A stretch of DNA of 36,005 nucleotides, taken from contig NC_068985.1 in NCBI RefSeq assembly GCF_001194135.2, positions 64,545,886 to 64,581,890 on the forward strand, read 5' to 3'. Every line of letters starts with the position of its first letter. Within the stretch, counting starts at the first letter, position 1. This stretch comes from Octopus bimaculoides. Taxonomy: Eukaryota. Made by a program: the position numbers and the translations under genes. Positions 1-9,845 of this stretch are shown here, in pieces. The notes beneath the pieces are model-generated. The model was not told the origin of the DNA, ran no database searches, and saw nothing but the letters and a program-made list of their open reading frames with translations.

Positions 1-175
1 TCATAATTTCATTCATTTAAAAAAAATATTTTCTTCCTTGCTCGATTTCTTTTTGTATTTTTATTTCCTCGATTATATGTTTTGTATTGTCTTTGTAATT
101 GTACCTCTATATTTAGCCCCTTGTGGACAATAAAAAATCCAGGACGTCGCCGTCTCAGAGTAACAACATGCTTGT

Positions 176-637
176 TTGAGTCTCGTCATTTTTGACCAGA
201 TAAAAATGAATATGGAAGAAATAATAAGAAGCGAGCAGTTTGTGCAAAGAGAGGGAGATACAATAAAGCTGGTCCCTCCAGAGGAGACAGTCAACGATAA
301 GAGCGATAGGACGGTGGTGTACCGCACGCAAGTGGCCGCCACCTGTAAAATTGAAATACTATTAGAAGACGATGTGGAGGTACGTTTAGGATCCCTGATG
401 AAAAAGACAACTTTCGTAAGACGAAGAAGGAAATATGGTATGGTGGAGGTGAGGTTTGCCACCAAAGAAGAGGCGGCCTCACATTCCACCAATGTTTTAT
501 GTTCTGACAAGGCGATGCTGCTGCCCACGTATAGTGGCAGGCGCAGTGTTCGGATTAGAATAGGAAGAGTATCACCGGAAATAAAGACAGAGTGGTTGGT
601 GGAAGCAGAGATAAAGGAGGCTGCTTTAGTTCTGTAA
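176..637 (+). pseudogene. Isolated ORF1 fragment of a Tx1/L1-like LINE
   Basis: The translation (DRTVVYR...VRRRRKYGMVEVRF...LLPTYSGRRSVRIRIG) aligns by eye with ORF1 at 33960-34250 (EKTVYFR...IQRGRQFTSIE...LYPTYLSKRTARIRIN), which lies upstream of a Tx1/L1-type RT. No ORF2 follows here. Confidence 0.7.
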
Positions 638-1080
638 ATGAAATTTGTTTCCTATATTTTATATTATTTACTTTTATTCTACAAATTCTACATTTTAAGT
701 ATATATTTCACTAACTTGTCTCTGGCATAAAAGATTTTAATCCTATCTTTATTCTTACTAAACTGACAAATAGAAATTTCATGGAACTTATCTATAACTA
801 TAGTATAGCTGAGTTTGTGAGTGTGTGTGCGCGCGTGCGCGTGTGTTGCATCTGTAGAAATCCACATTTTCCACTTTTTCGTAAAAGTTTTACATCAATG
901 GAATTTTCTCGATGTGAACTTTCCAGTGCAGTAATTAGATTTTTTAAATTCCGTTTACTTTGTGTGATTTAAGGGAGATTTGGCTGTTGTTTCTAGCAAC
1001 GTTTATATTTCTTCCCTTCTACCTGTAACAGCGTTCTTACACACGCGCTCAACATATAATATAGAGAGTAAGAGTAAAAG

Positions 1081-1186
<106 letters not shown>

Positions 1187-1327
1187 TGATACATACAAAG
1201 TCATAGATTAAACTTTCCTCTCAGTATTCTTTACCTATTTTTCATAACGTAAAAACACACACAACCACTCATACGTGATCTGTGACAACAACATACACAT
1301 TGCTCCCGTTCTCTATTCCCTTCTCCT

Positions 1328-1957
1328 CCTCTTCCTCTCTCGCTCTCTCAAACGCATACACGTGCAAGTAAACACAATCATTCACAAAAATATAACTCAT
1401 GTTCGTCAATGTGGCATAACTACAGAGTTGTACCTACCGACTTTGGAAGGTCATAACTTTCAGAAAAATGAATATTTTTTAATGAAATTTTCTATGCGTA
1501 TATTATTTATTATGTAGATTCCGAATATATAAAATTTTCGGTGAAAGTGTTTTGGGAGGGGGTGGGGGACAATTTTCATAAATTCCACTTAATTTCCAGG
1601 AAAATGAATATTTTTCGTTAAATTTTCTACAAATATACCTTGATGTATGTACATTTCGAGAATGTAGGAATTTTGAAGGAAACAACTGCAGGTTATTTTT
1701 GAGAAGTGTTCCCCACTCGGTGGTGTTTCGGAGCAAGTCGTCCATATTTGTTTCATTTTTCTCTATTATGTGCGTATGTGCATCCGTAGATTTCTAATGA
1801 AGTAATAGGCAGTGAAAAGAAGCCGTCATAAGAAAACTTTTAACTACCTTTATTCCTTTCTCCCCCTCTATCTACCTCTTCCTATCTCGCTCTCTCAAAC
1901 GCATACACGTGCAAGTACACAATCATTCAATAAAATATAACTCATGCTCGTCAATGT
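1328..1957 (+). repeat. Dispersed direct repeat of about 80 bp (1328-1412 and 1875-1957) flanking an AT-rich DNA-transposon-like segment
   Basis: Both copies read TCTCGCTCTCTCAAACGCATACACGTGCAAGTA..CACAATCATTCA..AAAATATAACTCATG.TCGTCAATGT. The intervening DNA has its own repeat, GAAAATGAATATTTTT...AAATTTTCTA, at about 1464 and 1600. Confidence 0.8.
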
Positions 1958-1982
1958 TTTGTAAATATACCACGATTTTCAC

Positions 1983-2165
1983 TAGGGTGTTAGGGTTAGG
2001 GTTTTAGGGTCTGAGTTAGGGTTTAGGGTTAGGGTTACGGTTAGGGTTAGGATTAGTGATAGGGTTAGGGTTTTAGGGTCAGGGTTAGGGTTTTAGTGTT
2101 AGGGTTAGGGTTTAGGGTTAGTGTTAGGGTTAGTGTTAGGATTAGGTTTAGGATTAGGGTTGGGT
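1983..2165 (+). repeat. Degenerate interstitial telomere-like (TTAGGG)n array
   Basis: About 30 units of TTAGGG and variants (TTAGTG, TTAGGA, TTTAGGG, TCAGGG). Confidence 0.95.
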
Positions 2166-2746
2166 AATCGTGCGGGTGTTAATCTGAAAAATTACAGATA
2201 TGTGAAAAGTACCGACCTTGCCCTCCATTATAACTTTTGTTGTTCTGTTTAATATATACATAGATTATGCCTTCAAAGAAGAGAGTTTGCTGGGGAAAGA
2301 AAGCAACCGGTTTAAAATGACAGCAACAGACTGCAGCAATTCACTACATTCCAGAAGCTACTTTGAACATAATGCAAAATGGTGCATCAACATCTTCTGC
2401 CCAATCTGATAGAATTCTGGCAAAACTGTGTAGCAACAGATCGCCAGCAATTGCTTCATCACAAATTGCCGTCCTAGCTCCTGCGAAAAGGGATTACCCT
2501 GCTATGTATAATCAGGGCAGCGCAAAAAGTTGTTTTGCACAAGCATTTCTATAGCAAATTAGACGGATGAAATTTACGTACACTTCATAATGTTACGCAA
2601 TACAGCCTTCAGACTTTCCCTATTAATTTCATCGTCTTTTGAATTATGAACATATTTACATCATAAGGGCTTTTTCGTTGTAAGGCTTTCTTTTTTAGTT
2701 GATTTTCACCTAGCAAGACTTATCGTAGATGGCGTAATAAGTCACA

Positions 2747-2774
2747 CTCGGACAAGGTCGGGTTATACTGCTAG
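2747..2774 (+). mobile_element. Possible Helitron 3' terminus
   Basis: An imperfect GC-rich hairpin (CTCGGAC-AAG-GTCGGG) is followed 8 nt later by CTAG and then T, which is the known Helitron 3' signature. No convincing 5' TC end was found. Confidence 0.4.
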
Positions 2775-3030
2775 TCTTCAGTACAAGAAATCACCTCACA
2801 TCGCACACACGACATTATCCATTTTTGAAAGATATTTTAAAATGGATTTCTTTACACAGACTATTGCCACTTCCAAGAAGTAAGAATTACGAATGACACT
2901 CAAACAAGTAAATTCATGCAAAAGATAGGGCAGTTATAAAATTAAAATTAAGACATTATATCAGACTTAAAAGAGAACACTCTCAAGATGGTGTTTTTCA
3001 GCACCATATGTCTTTAAAACAAATGCTTAC

Positions 3031-3102
3031 TAGTGCATATGCTTGCACCGAATGCAATTGGAAATGTTTATGTGAACGGGGTTGTGGAGTATCAAACTCA
3101 AC
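3031..3102 (-). CDS. Candidate 72-nt internal exon of an unidentified host gene (VEFDTPQPRSHKHFQLHSVQAYAL)
   Basis: On the minus strand: acceptor TTTTCTGGTTAG at 3114-3103 and donor GTAAGC at 3030-3025. Length is divisible by 3, the phase-0 frame is open, and GC is higher than the flanks. Protein not recognised. Confidence 0.3.
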
Positions 3103-3180
3103 CTAACCAGAAAATATTTCATGTTTTGTTTTATTGTACTTTTTAAAATTTATTTCCGAGTAAATAGTTTAAATGTCTTT

Positions 3181-3325
3181 GTACGTGTGAATGTATGTGC
3201 GTATGTATGTGTATATATGTATAAATGCATACAAGTATATGTATACATATAGTAAGCGCGTGTGTATACATATAAGTGTGTGCATTTATATATGTATGTA
3301 TGTGTGTGTGTGTGTGTGTGTATGT
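3181..3325. repeat. Mixed (TA)/(TG)/(TATG) microsatellite
   Basis: Low-complexity dinucleotide and tetranucleotide tract. Confidence 0.9.
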
Positions 3326-3474
3326 CCTTCCATATTTTGTATAACATCTCTCACCCCACCTTCAAAATTTGCCAACTTATTTTTTCTCACTCCATATTAT
3401 TCTTTTTTTTATTTTCTCTTTAAGTCCTTATTGTCAATAAGTCCTTATCATCACAATAATAATATTGTTATTAA

Positions 3475-3648
3475 GGCGGCGAACTGGCAGAATTGTTTTG
3501 AGTTCAAATTCCACCGAGGTCAACTTAGCCTTTCATCGTTTCTGGATCGATAAAATAAGTATCAGTCGAACACTGGGGTCAGTGTAAACAGCATACGTCC
3601 TTCTCCGAAATTGCTGGCCTTGTGTCAAAATTCGAAACCATTATTATT
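3475..3648 (+). mobile_element. tRNA-derived SINE, internally deleted
   Basis: A-box-like GGCGGCGAACTGGCAGAATTGTT is joined directly to B-box-like GAGTTCAAATTCC. The body reads GAGGTCAACTTAGCCTTTCATC...GATAAAATAAGTA and the tail is a short ATT run. Matches my recollection of a common octopus SINE. Confidence 0.75.
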
Positions 3649-4189
3649 CAATATTTAATAGTTTCAGATAGATTTTTACGGTATCATCTGCTACATTTCC
3701 TTGTTGCTGGGGTGTGGACAACATCGTGTGCTTTGGGGGGGGGGGAGAGTGCAAACTCTTCTTGGTATTGTTTTGCATCAGTTTGTTTTGTTATGGGGTC
3801 TAGTTACAGTCTTTTATTATATTAGTATTTGTATTGTGTATTGTGTGTATAATGTGATTTGTGTTCTATTGCGTATCTGGCCTGAAGAGTACCTGTTGTA
3901 AAGGTTGCATAGAGTGTGTCTTGTGTTTGTGGATGGTTTTGTTTGGATTGTATTATTGAATCAGTATTTGCTTGTCCTATGCGTGTTTTTAATTTGCTGT
4001 GCTGTACTATTTATTTTTGGTCTGGATGGCTGTGTAGAGATTTTACTTTGGTTTAGCTTTTTATTTACTGTATGCATTGTTACCATTGTTGTATGTCTTT
4101 CTTTCTTTTGTGAGGTCTTATTCGTTTTTGGAGATATAATGTCTGGTGTGCTATTTTTGTTTGATTGTAGCCCCATTGTTTTGAGTTAC

Positions 4190-4204
4190 TATTATTATTT
4201 ATTA

Positions 4205-4237
<33 letters not shown>
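4190..4237. repeat. (ATT)n microsatellite at the 3' junction of an R4/Dong copy
   Basis: Direct reading; abuts the 3' UTR at 4238. Confidence 0.95.
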
Positions 4238-5255
4238 GTTTTTCTTCTTTCTATTTTATTTTCATTTCTTGCTGGGTGTCTTTCCAACACCTAAGGCAGA
4301 GAAACTTACTGTATAAATTGATAGGCCATTAAAATAAACACACCAGATTGTTCATTTACAAAGTGAAGTCATATGAGAGAAAAAAAAGAAAAAAGGAAAT
4401 AAAAAGAAGAAAAATAAGAAAAAATTTACATAGGTTATAATTGCTCTCAAAGTGACAATGCTCTCAATACGAGCGACGTACTAGTTAAAACAATCATTTG
4501 CACTTCTTTCATAGGTGGTAGGTCAGGGATCATTCACAAATGATTTTCAGTTCCGTTTTTGACCATTCTAAGTGCTCCTGCAATCACCAGTATTGTAACC
4601 GCCTTGAGATACTACATTTTTTCGATTTCAATGAGCAAATCTTTATATTTTCTGAGTTTGACAAATTCTTTTGCCGAGATATTATGATCGCAAGAAATAT
4701 TCACGTCAATCAATGAACAGACTTTATTGTTTTAGTCTTTCTCAACAATATTCAGTTTATTAGCTTTGGTAGTTCTCTCCGTATGTAATCGAAAGTCCTA
4801 AAGAAGCGTTACAATTTCTTCCTCAGTTACGGCCTTAGGTTGGTGCTTATGCCCATTTGTCAACAGTTTTGACTTTATAATACCGACATATTAACCAGTG
4901 TAGATATTGACCAACTCTGTCATGTCATGAATTATACACTACTTATACTAAAACTTTACATCCAGAGATTAGGTGGTCCACTGTTTCAATCTCATTATTA
5001 CAGCATGGCCACTTTAAGTCTGCTCCATTTTTCACTACATTGGCTTGGTAGTTCCAAGTCAATACGCTTTGATCTTGAGCAGCTAAGATGAAACCTTCGT
5101 TCTCTGCCCAGAACTTCGTACTCACTGATGGCGGTGCTTCTGGTTAACATCAGCTTGTTTGCAACAGGCCAAATATTTGCCATGCAGAGATTTCTGCTAG
5201 CACCTACCAGTTCATGTGCTTTTTGTTTCTTGCCAATGATTTCATCTTCTCTGCA
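4238..5255 (-). mobile_element. R4-clade (Dong-like) LINE, 5'-truncated: zinc knuckle, RLE domain and 3' UTR
   Basis: Broken minus-strand frames read ENEGFILAAQDQS, CC..ETVDHLISGC, HDRVGQYLHW, CSLIDVNISCDHNISAKEFVKLRKYKDLLIEIEK and VIAGALRMV. Flanked on both sides by (AAT)n. Confidence 0.88.
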
Positions 5256-5263
5256 ATTATTAA

Positions 5264-5324
<61 letters not shown>
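5256..5324. repeat. (ATT)n microsatellite
   Basis: Direct reading; separates the Dong 5' truncation from the 3' end of X copy 1. Confidence 0.97.
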
Positions 5325-5382
5325 GAGTGACAGTGCAGTGCATACCATCAAAGTGACATTGGGGTAAGATATATGAAGTCCA
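5325..5382 (-). mobile_element. Family X retroposon, copy 1 (3'-terminal ~58 bp only)
   Basis: GAGTGACAGTGCAGTGCATACCATCAAAGTGACATTGGGGTAAGATATATGAAGTCCA matches the starts of 12351 and 22092. Confidence 0.85.
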
Positions 5383-5383
5383 A

Positions 5384-5511
<128 letters not shown>

Positions 5512-5541
5512 ATAGGCTGCGGAGTTGTAAGCACATGTTTT

Positions 5542-6219
5542 GGATCTATTTCAAAACGGGAGCACCAGTATTTTCTTAACGAAATATTAACGAAACACTT
5601 TGAAACTTGGGACACTGGTAGAATGTGTCATATAAAACATCTTTTACTCTTAGTCTTCTTAACAAAAAATGTACATCGCAAGTTATTCCATGTTAAAGTT
5701 GTCGTATTTCTGTAATTTCAACCAATCACTGACGTCTATTCAGCTGAATAGAGTTACTGGTGGGCGGTCATAAAAATGTTATTCCCTGTGACATATTTCA
5801 TCCTGTTTAATCGTAATTTATACGCATATATTGTTTATATAATAAATTACGCTGTGCGTATCTATGTGTGTAACAATTTTAGAGTTCGGATTCTAGAGTT
5901 AGGGTTAGTTTTAGGGTTAGGGTGACGGTTACGGTTAACAGTCTAGTTAGGGTTAGGGTTAGGGTTAGGGTTAGGGTTAGGGGATTAATACGATATACAC
6001 CGTTACAGCGCTAACTGTTTTCAACTGAATAGACGTCAGTGATTAGTAGAAATTATCGAAATAAGACAATTTTTTACATGAAATAAATTCGAATACAAAA
6101 TTTTTTTTCTGTTCTATAACACAAAATAGATAAGTATACGAAGTTTGAAAGTCTTTCGGTACCAAAAACACTACATAAAACATAAATGATAACTGGTGCC
6201 CCCGTTTTAAAATAGATCC
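5542..6219. mobile_element. Non-autonomous DNA transposon (MITE, 678 bp) with 28-bp TIRs, 8-bp TSD and internal (TTAGGG)n
   Basis: Left TIR GGATCTATTTCAAAACGGGAGCACCAGT (5542-5569) matches the reverse complement of 6192-6219 with 2 mismatches. TSD CATGTTTT at 5534-5541 and 6220-6227. A second inverted repeat pairs 5689-5756 with 6012-6080, with a perfect 20-bp core (5724-5743 and 6025-6044). Confidence 0.92.
5899..5982 (+). repeat. Telomere-type repeat inside the MITE
   Basis: Six perfect TTAGGG units at 5947-5982, plus degenerate units from 5899. Confidence 0.97.
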
Positions 6220-6568
6220 CATGTTTTCGAAGACGTTGGGATCTGTGGTTGTTTTTGCCCCACAAGGGGTAATATATTGCCTTCGTAAAACGTCCATCTA
6301 ATTTGAAAAAAACAAAAACAAATATACATACAAAATGGCATCACCAAATGCCATCTTTGTAGCATTGAGTGAGAGAACCATGCCTTTCATCAACCCTCTC
6401 TCAGATAACGACTTTCCTCCTCTTCTATCACCCACTCCCCTTGAGTACTATGAGACAAAGGGTGACAGCGGCAGTAGCAGCAACAATAAAAGCGACAAGA
6501 AAAATTTGAACTGTGAAAGAACATAAGAAATCAGCAGCAGCAATATTGCCACCACTACCACCATCACG

Positions 6569-6665
6569 AAGTTAAGCAGCGAACATAATGAGAACCAGCA
6601 CAAAGTAAATAGCGAACATAATGAGAACCAGCACAAAGTTAAGCAGCAAAAATAATGAGAATATA
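6569..6665 (+). repeat. About 3 copies of a 33-34 bp tandem repeat in the ORF1 region of Tx1 copy A
   Basis: Unit AAGTTAAGCAGCGAACATAATGAGAACCAGCAC(A); 33 bp would encode an 11-aa unit (KVNSEHNENQH). Confidence 0.85.
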
Positions 6666-9600
6666 AGCAACACTAACCCCCTCCCCCACCAACACCACAG
6701 CCACTACAACAACAAACAGTATTGAGACAAAAACAAACGCACACAGTGAACGACAATAGCAATGCAAAGGATGTTAATGAAACCAGCAAAAGTTTTTCCG
6801 ACATGGCTAGCACCAAAAAAGAACTGTTTTTGCTAGCCCTGGATGGGAAAATCCAATAACTAGCTGAACTGAAGCCAAAAAAATTATTAAATATGAGGGA
6901 CATAAGGCAGCAGTACTTGTGCCTCCAAAAATAATTCAAGAGCGGGAAATAGAACTGTGTATTATAGAAGTGTATCCTGAAAGTGCAGAAGAGCTGAGAC
7001 AACAACAGCCCCAGCAACTCTAGCATCACCATCACCACTATCAGCATAAAAAAAACACAGTGGGAAAAAACACCCAGAGCGCATCTCAAACCAGCTCTCC
7101 CTCTCCCCCTCTCTCGAAGAAACACTCATGCACAGACACACATGTAAACACATTTTCACAACCCAAAATAGTTTCCACCGACACTGGTTCCTCCACTTCC
7201 CATAGTGAAGATGAGGAGGAACCCCATAAATCATCAAAGCCAAAAAGAAAACACATGATCTCACACCAACAGGCACACGAGAAAACATAGTAAATGTTAT
7301 CACAACAAAAACAGACACATCAAAAACATCTTCCGCCACCAGAGTCGCAACCATCAGCACAACCACCACCACCACCATCACTTGCATCACCAACACAATC
7401 AGAACTCCACCTTGCCTGCAAAAGAAAGCAAGTGCAACAACACACGTCAAACTTTGTGCTTGTAAGGCAAGCCACTAATGATTTGATGACCCCCACTAAT
7501 TCGAAACGGATATAGAGAGAGATGGGGTGCAATTTGCGGCACCTGCACTTTTACAGTGCCTGATGACTTTATGTTAGTACGGGTGCCACTTAACATTTAT
7601 AAGAACATTAGAGAGGTTTTCCCCCATGATGTGGGAAACCCGAACGTAAAACATCACGAGCAGACTTTTACTGGGGTTCCCAAAGGAATCTCAACCAAAC
7701 TTGAAGGTCGAGCCACCCGCTCACCATCAGCACTAGTAGGGTGAGTAACCTCACTTTTTTCTTTCTTGCAGCTCTTTCTGACCGGCCTGGGAATGATTAG
7801 AGTGAGCTGTTCGTGTCCTGGGATCGCCTGTTCAAAACCTCAGGTCATTCTCTATGGATGTGACAGCCGTCAGTGAAACCAAGATTTTCGACACACGCGA
7901 TCTAGCCCTCATTTTTGACGATCTTGAGATCTATGCATCTCTTAGTTAGCCTGGAATGAGGGGTGGGGTAGCAGTGCTGGTTATGAAAGGTGTGGATCTC
8001 GAGGTACGGACATTCTTCCTGGACTAGGAAGGTAAGTTGGTGGTTCTGGATGTGAGTAACAGCGAAGGTGGTGCTTTCAGACAAGTCACTGTGTAGCCAG
8101 ATTTCTTCAGACGTTTAGAGGTTTTACTTGGGACATCTCGCTCTTTAGTTCTAGTGGACGATTGGAACTCCACTTTGGATGCATGCCTGGATAGGGTGGG
8201 GCTAGCCCATAGGAGAGGTGGTGCAAAAGCCTCATAAGCCTACTCAGTTGTTTTCAATTAGTTGACATGTACTGACTGGATTTCCTGAATGCGTCAATGT
8301 GGACATGGGTAAACAGCACCGGGTCATATTTATATAGGATTATCTGTAGGCCAGTAGATAGAAGTAGCATAGGTTGTTGGCTACATAGACCACAAATTTG
8401 TGATCTGCATTGTCGACCTAGATAGGATCCATAGGCAGGACCCCGGGTACTGGAAGCTGAATGTGTCTTTCCCGGCGCGTCAAGCATTCACAAACCAGGT
8501 TAGCAAATTAGTCCATCAGAAGTTGGCAGGTACACTCGTCAACAACCGTTGGTAGATAGTAGGATTAAGTAAGGAAATAGCCTTAGAGGAATCTATGATA
8601 GAGAGAGAGCTAGTTAGGAAGCTAGAAGAGGCGCTTAGGAGAGGCATTGCGACCGACGTGCTGACGGTGGACTGGGCTCATGCTACAGGAACCTTAACAG
8701 ATGTGTATGGAATTTCAGCAGCACTTTGCCAAATTGTTCGGGGTGCACGGTGTGTTGGGGATGGAAGTGGATTTCACCTCCTACCTCAACAGTATGTCGT
8801 GCCAGGGATGCGGAGTTCTGTGAAGTGCCAATAACAACCGAAGACATACGGGACGCGATGACGAATTGCACAGAGAAGTTTCCAGGGCTGGATGGTCTTC
8901 CCTTCGAGCTTTATCTTCATACGCCAGACTTGCAGAACGGGAAAATACCCAGTGCTGTGAGCTGTGGTGTGGTGGTGCTTCTGAGAAAGGACCCGAACAA
9001 GGGAGACCAAATATATAATTTTAGGTCCGTAACTCTGCTGAACACAGATTATAAGATTTTGGCCAAGGTATTAGCCAAGAGGTTGGTACTTGTCATCGAT
9101 AAGCTGGTCGGTGATGCACAGACATGAACTATCCCGAACAGATCTATCCTGGACAACCTCCACCTCATGCGCTACATCATAGAAAAGGTAGGGAAGGAAC
9201 CTGGCATGGGTGGGGCTCTGATCAATTTGGATTTAAAAAAAGCTTTTGACGGGGTCGACCATCAATACTTGGAGGCTGTCCTCACAATTGCCGGTTTTGG
9301 TCCCATTTTAAGAGGCTGGATTGCTGCAATGTACAGCGACATCTGTTTGGTGGTCAAAGTAAACAGTTACCTATCGGAATTGTTTAGCATTGCTTGTTCG
9401 GTCCATCAAGGATGCCCACCTTCTAAGGGAGTATGAAGCGATGACAGCAACAAAAATTAATCATGAAAAGTCGATGCGCCTGCAACTTGGCACCTGAAGA
9501 GACAGGTCCATTCTAATCGACAGCGTTGTAGGGCGCTAGACAGAAGGACTGGTTAAATTGCTCGGTGTCTCATCTGGTCTGAACCTTCAGGTGAACAAGA

Positions 9601-9845
9601 ACTGGGGTAGCGAGTCTCATCCAGAAATGGGCAGAAAGGAAGCTGTCCCTAAAGGGTTGGGTGGAGGTGGCGAATGCGTACATCGATTCCGTCATCTACT
9701 ACTACCTGACCGTCGTCCCTTACCCTGCTTCGTGACTGATCAAGCTGGAATACTTGCTCTTCCACTTTCTCTGGAAGGGCTGTGTTCTGCTCATCAGACA
9801 GTCCATCTGCTGTCAACAGCCGCTGAGTGGAAGACTGGGCATCTA

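Larger units (their letters stand above)
5512..9845 (+). mobile_element. Tx1/L1-clade LINE copy A (5' UTR, ORF1, APE endonuclease, RT), decayed and interrupted by a MITE
   Basis: ORF1 remnant SKSFSDMASTKKELF is homologous to KSFADIANTKNEMF at about 33820. APE motifs: DVTAVSETK, GVAVLV, EGKLVVLDV. Also GPGYWKLN (~8440) and RT motifs PGLDGLPFELY, VTLLNTDYKILAKVLAKRL, LINLDLKKAFDGVDH, VHQGCP. Many stops and deletions. Confidence 0.85.

Noticed and set aside
1983-2165. True telomere or chromosome fusion site
   Set aside because: The array is degenerate, internal and single-orientation, with no head-to-head TTAGGG/CCCTAA junction.
6569-6665. CRISPR-like 33-bp repeats
   Set aside because: The units are contiguous with no spacers, in a eukaryotic LINE ORF1 context with no cas genes.
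7741-7771. Intron-like GTGAGT...polypyrimidine...GCAG between Tx1 ORF1 and ORF2 (GTAAGT at 10684 in copy B), suggesting an ORF1-ORF2 splice fusion
   Set aside because: It is only 31 nt, the acceptor is CAA in copy B, and the donor (phase 1) and acceptor (phase 0) would not fuse in frame.
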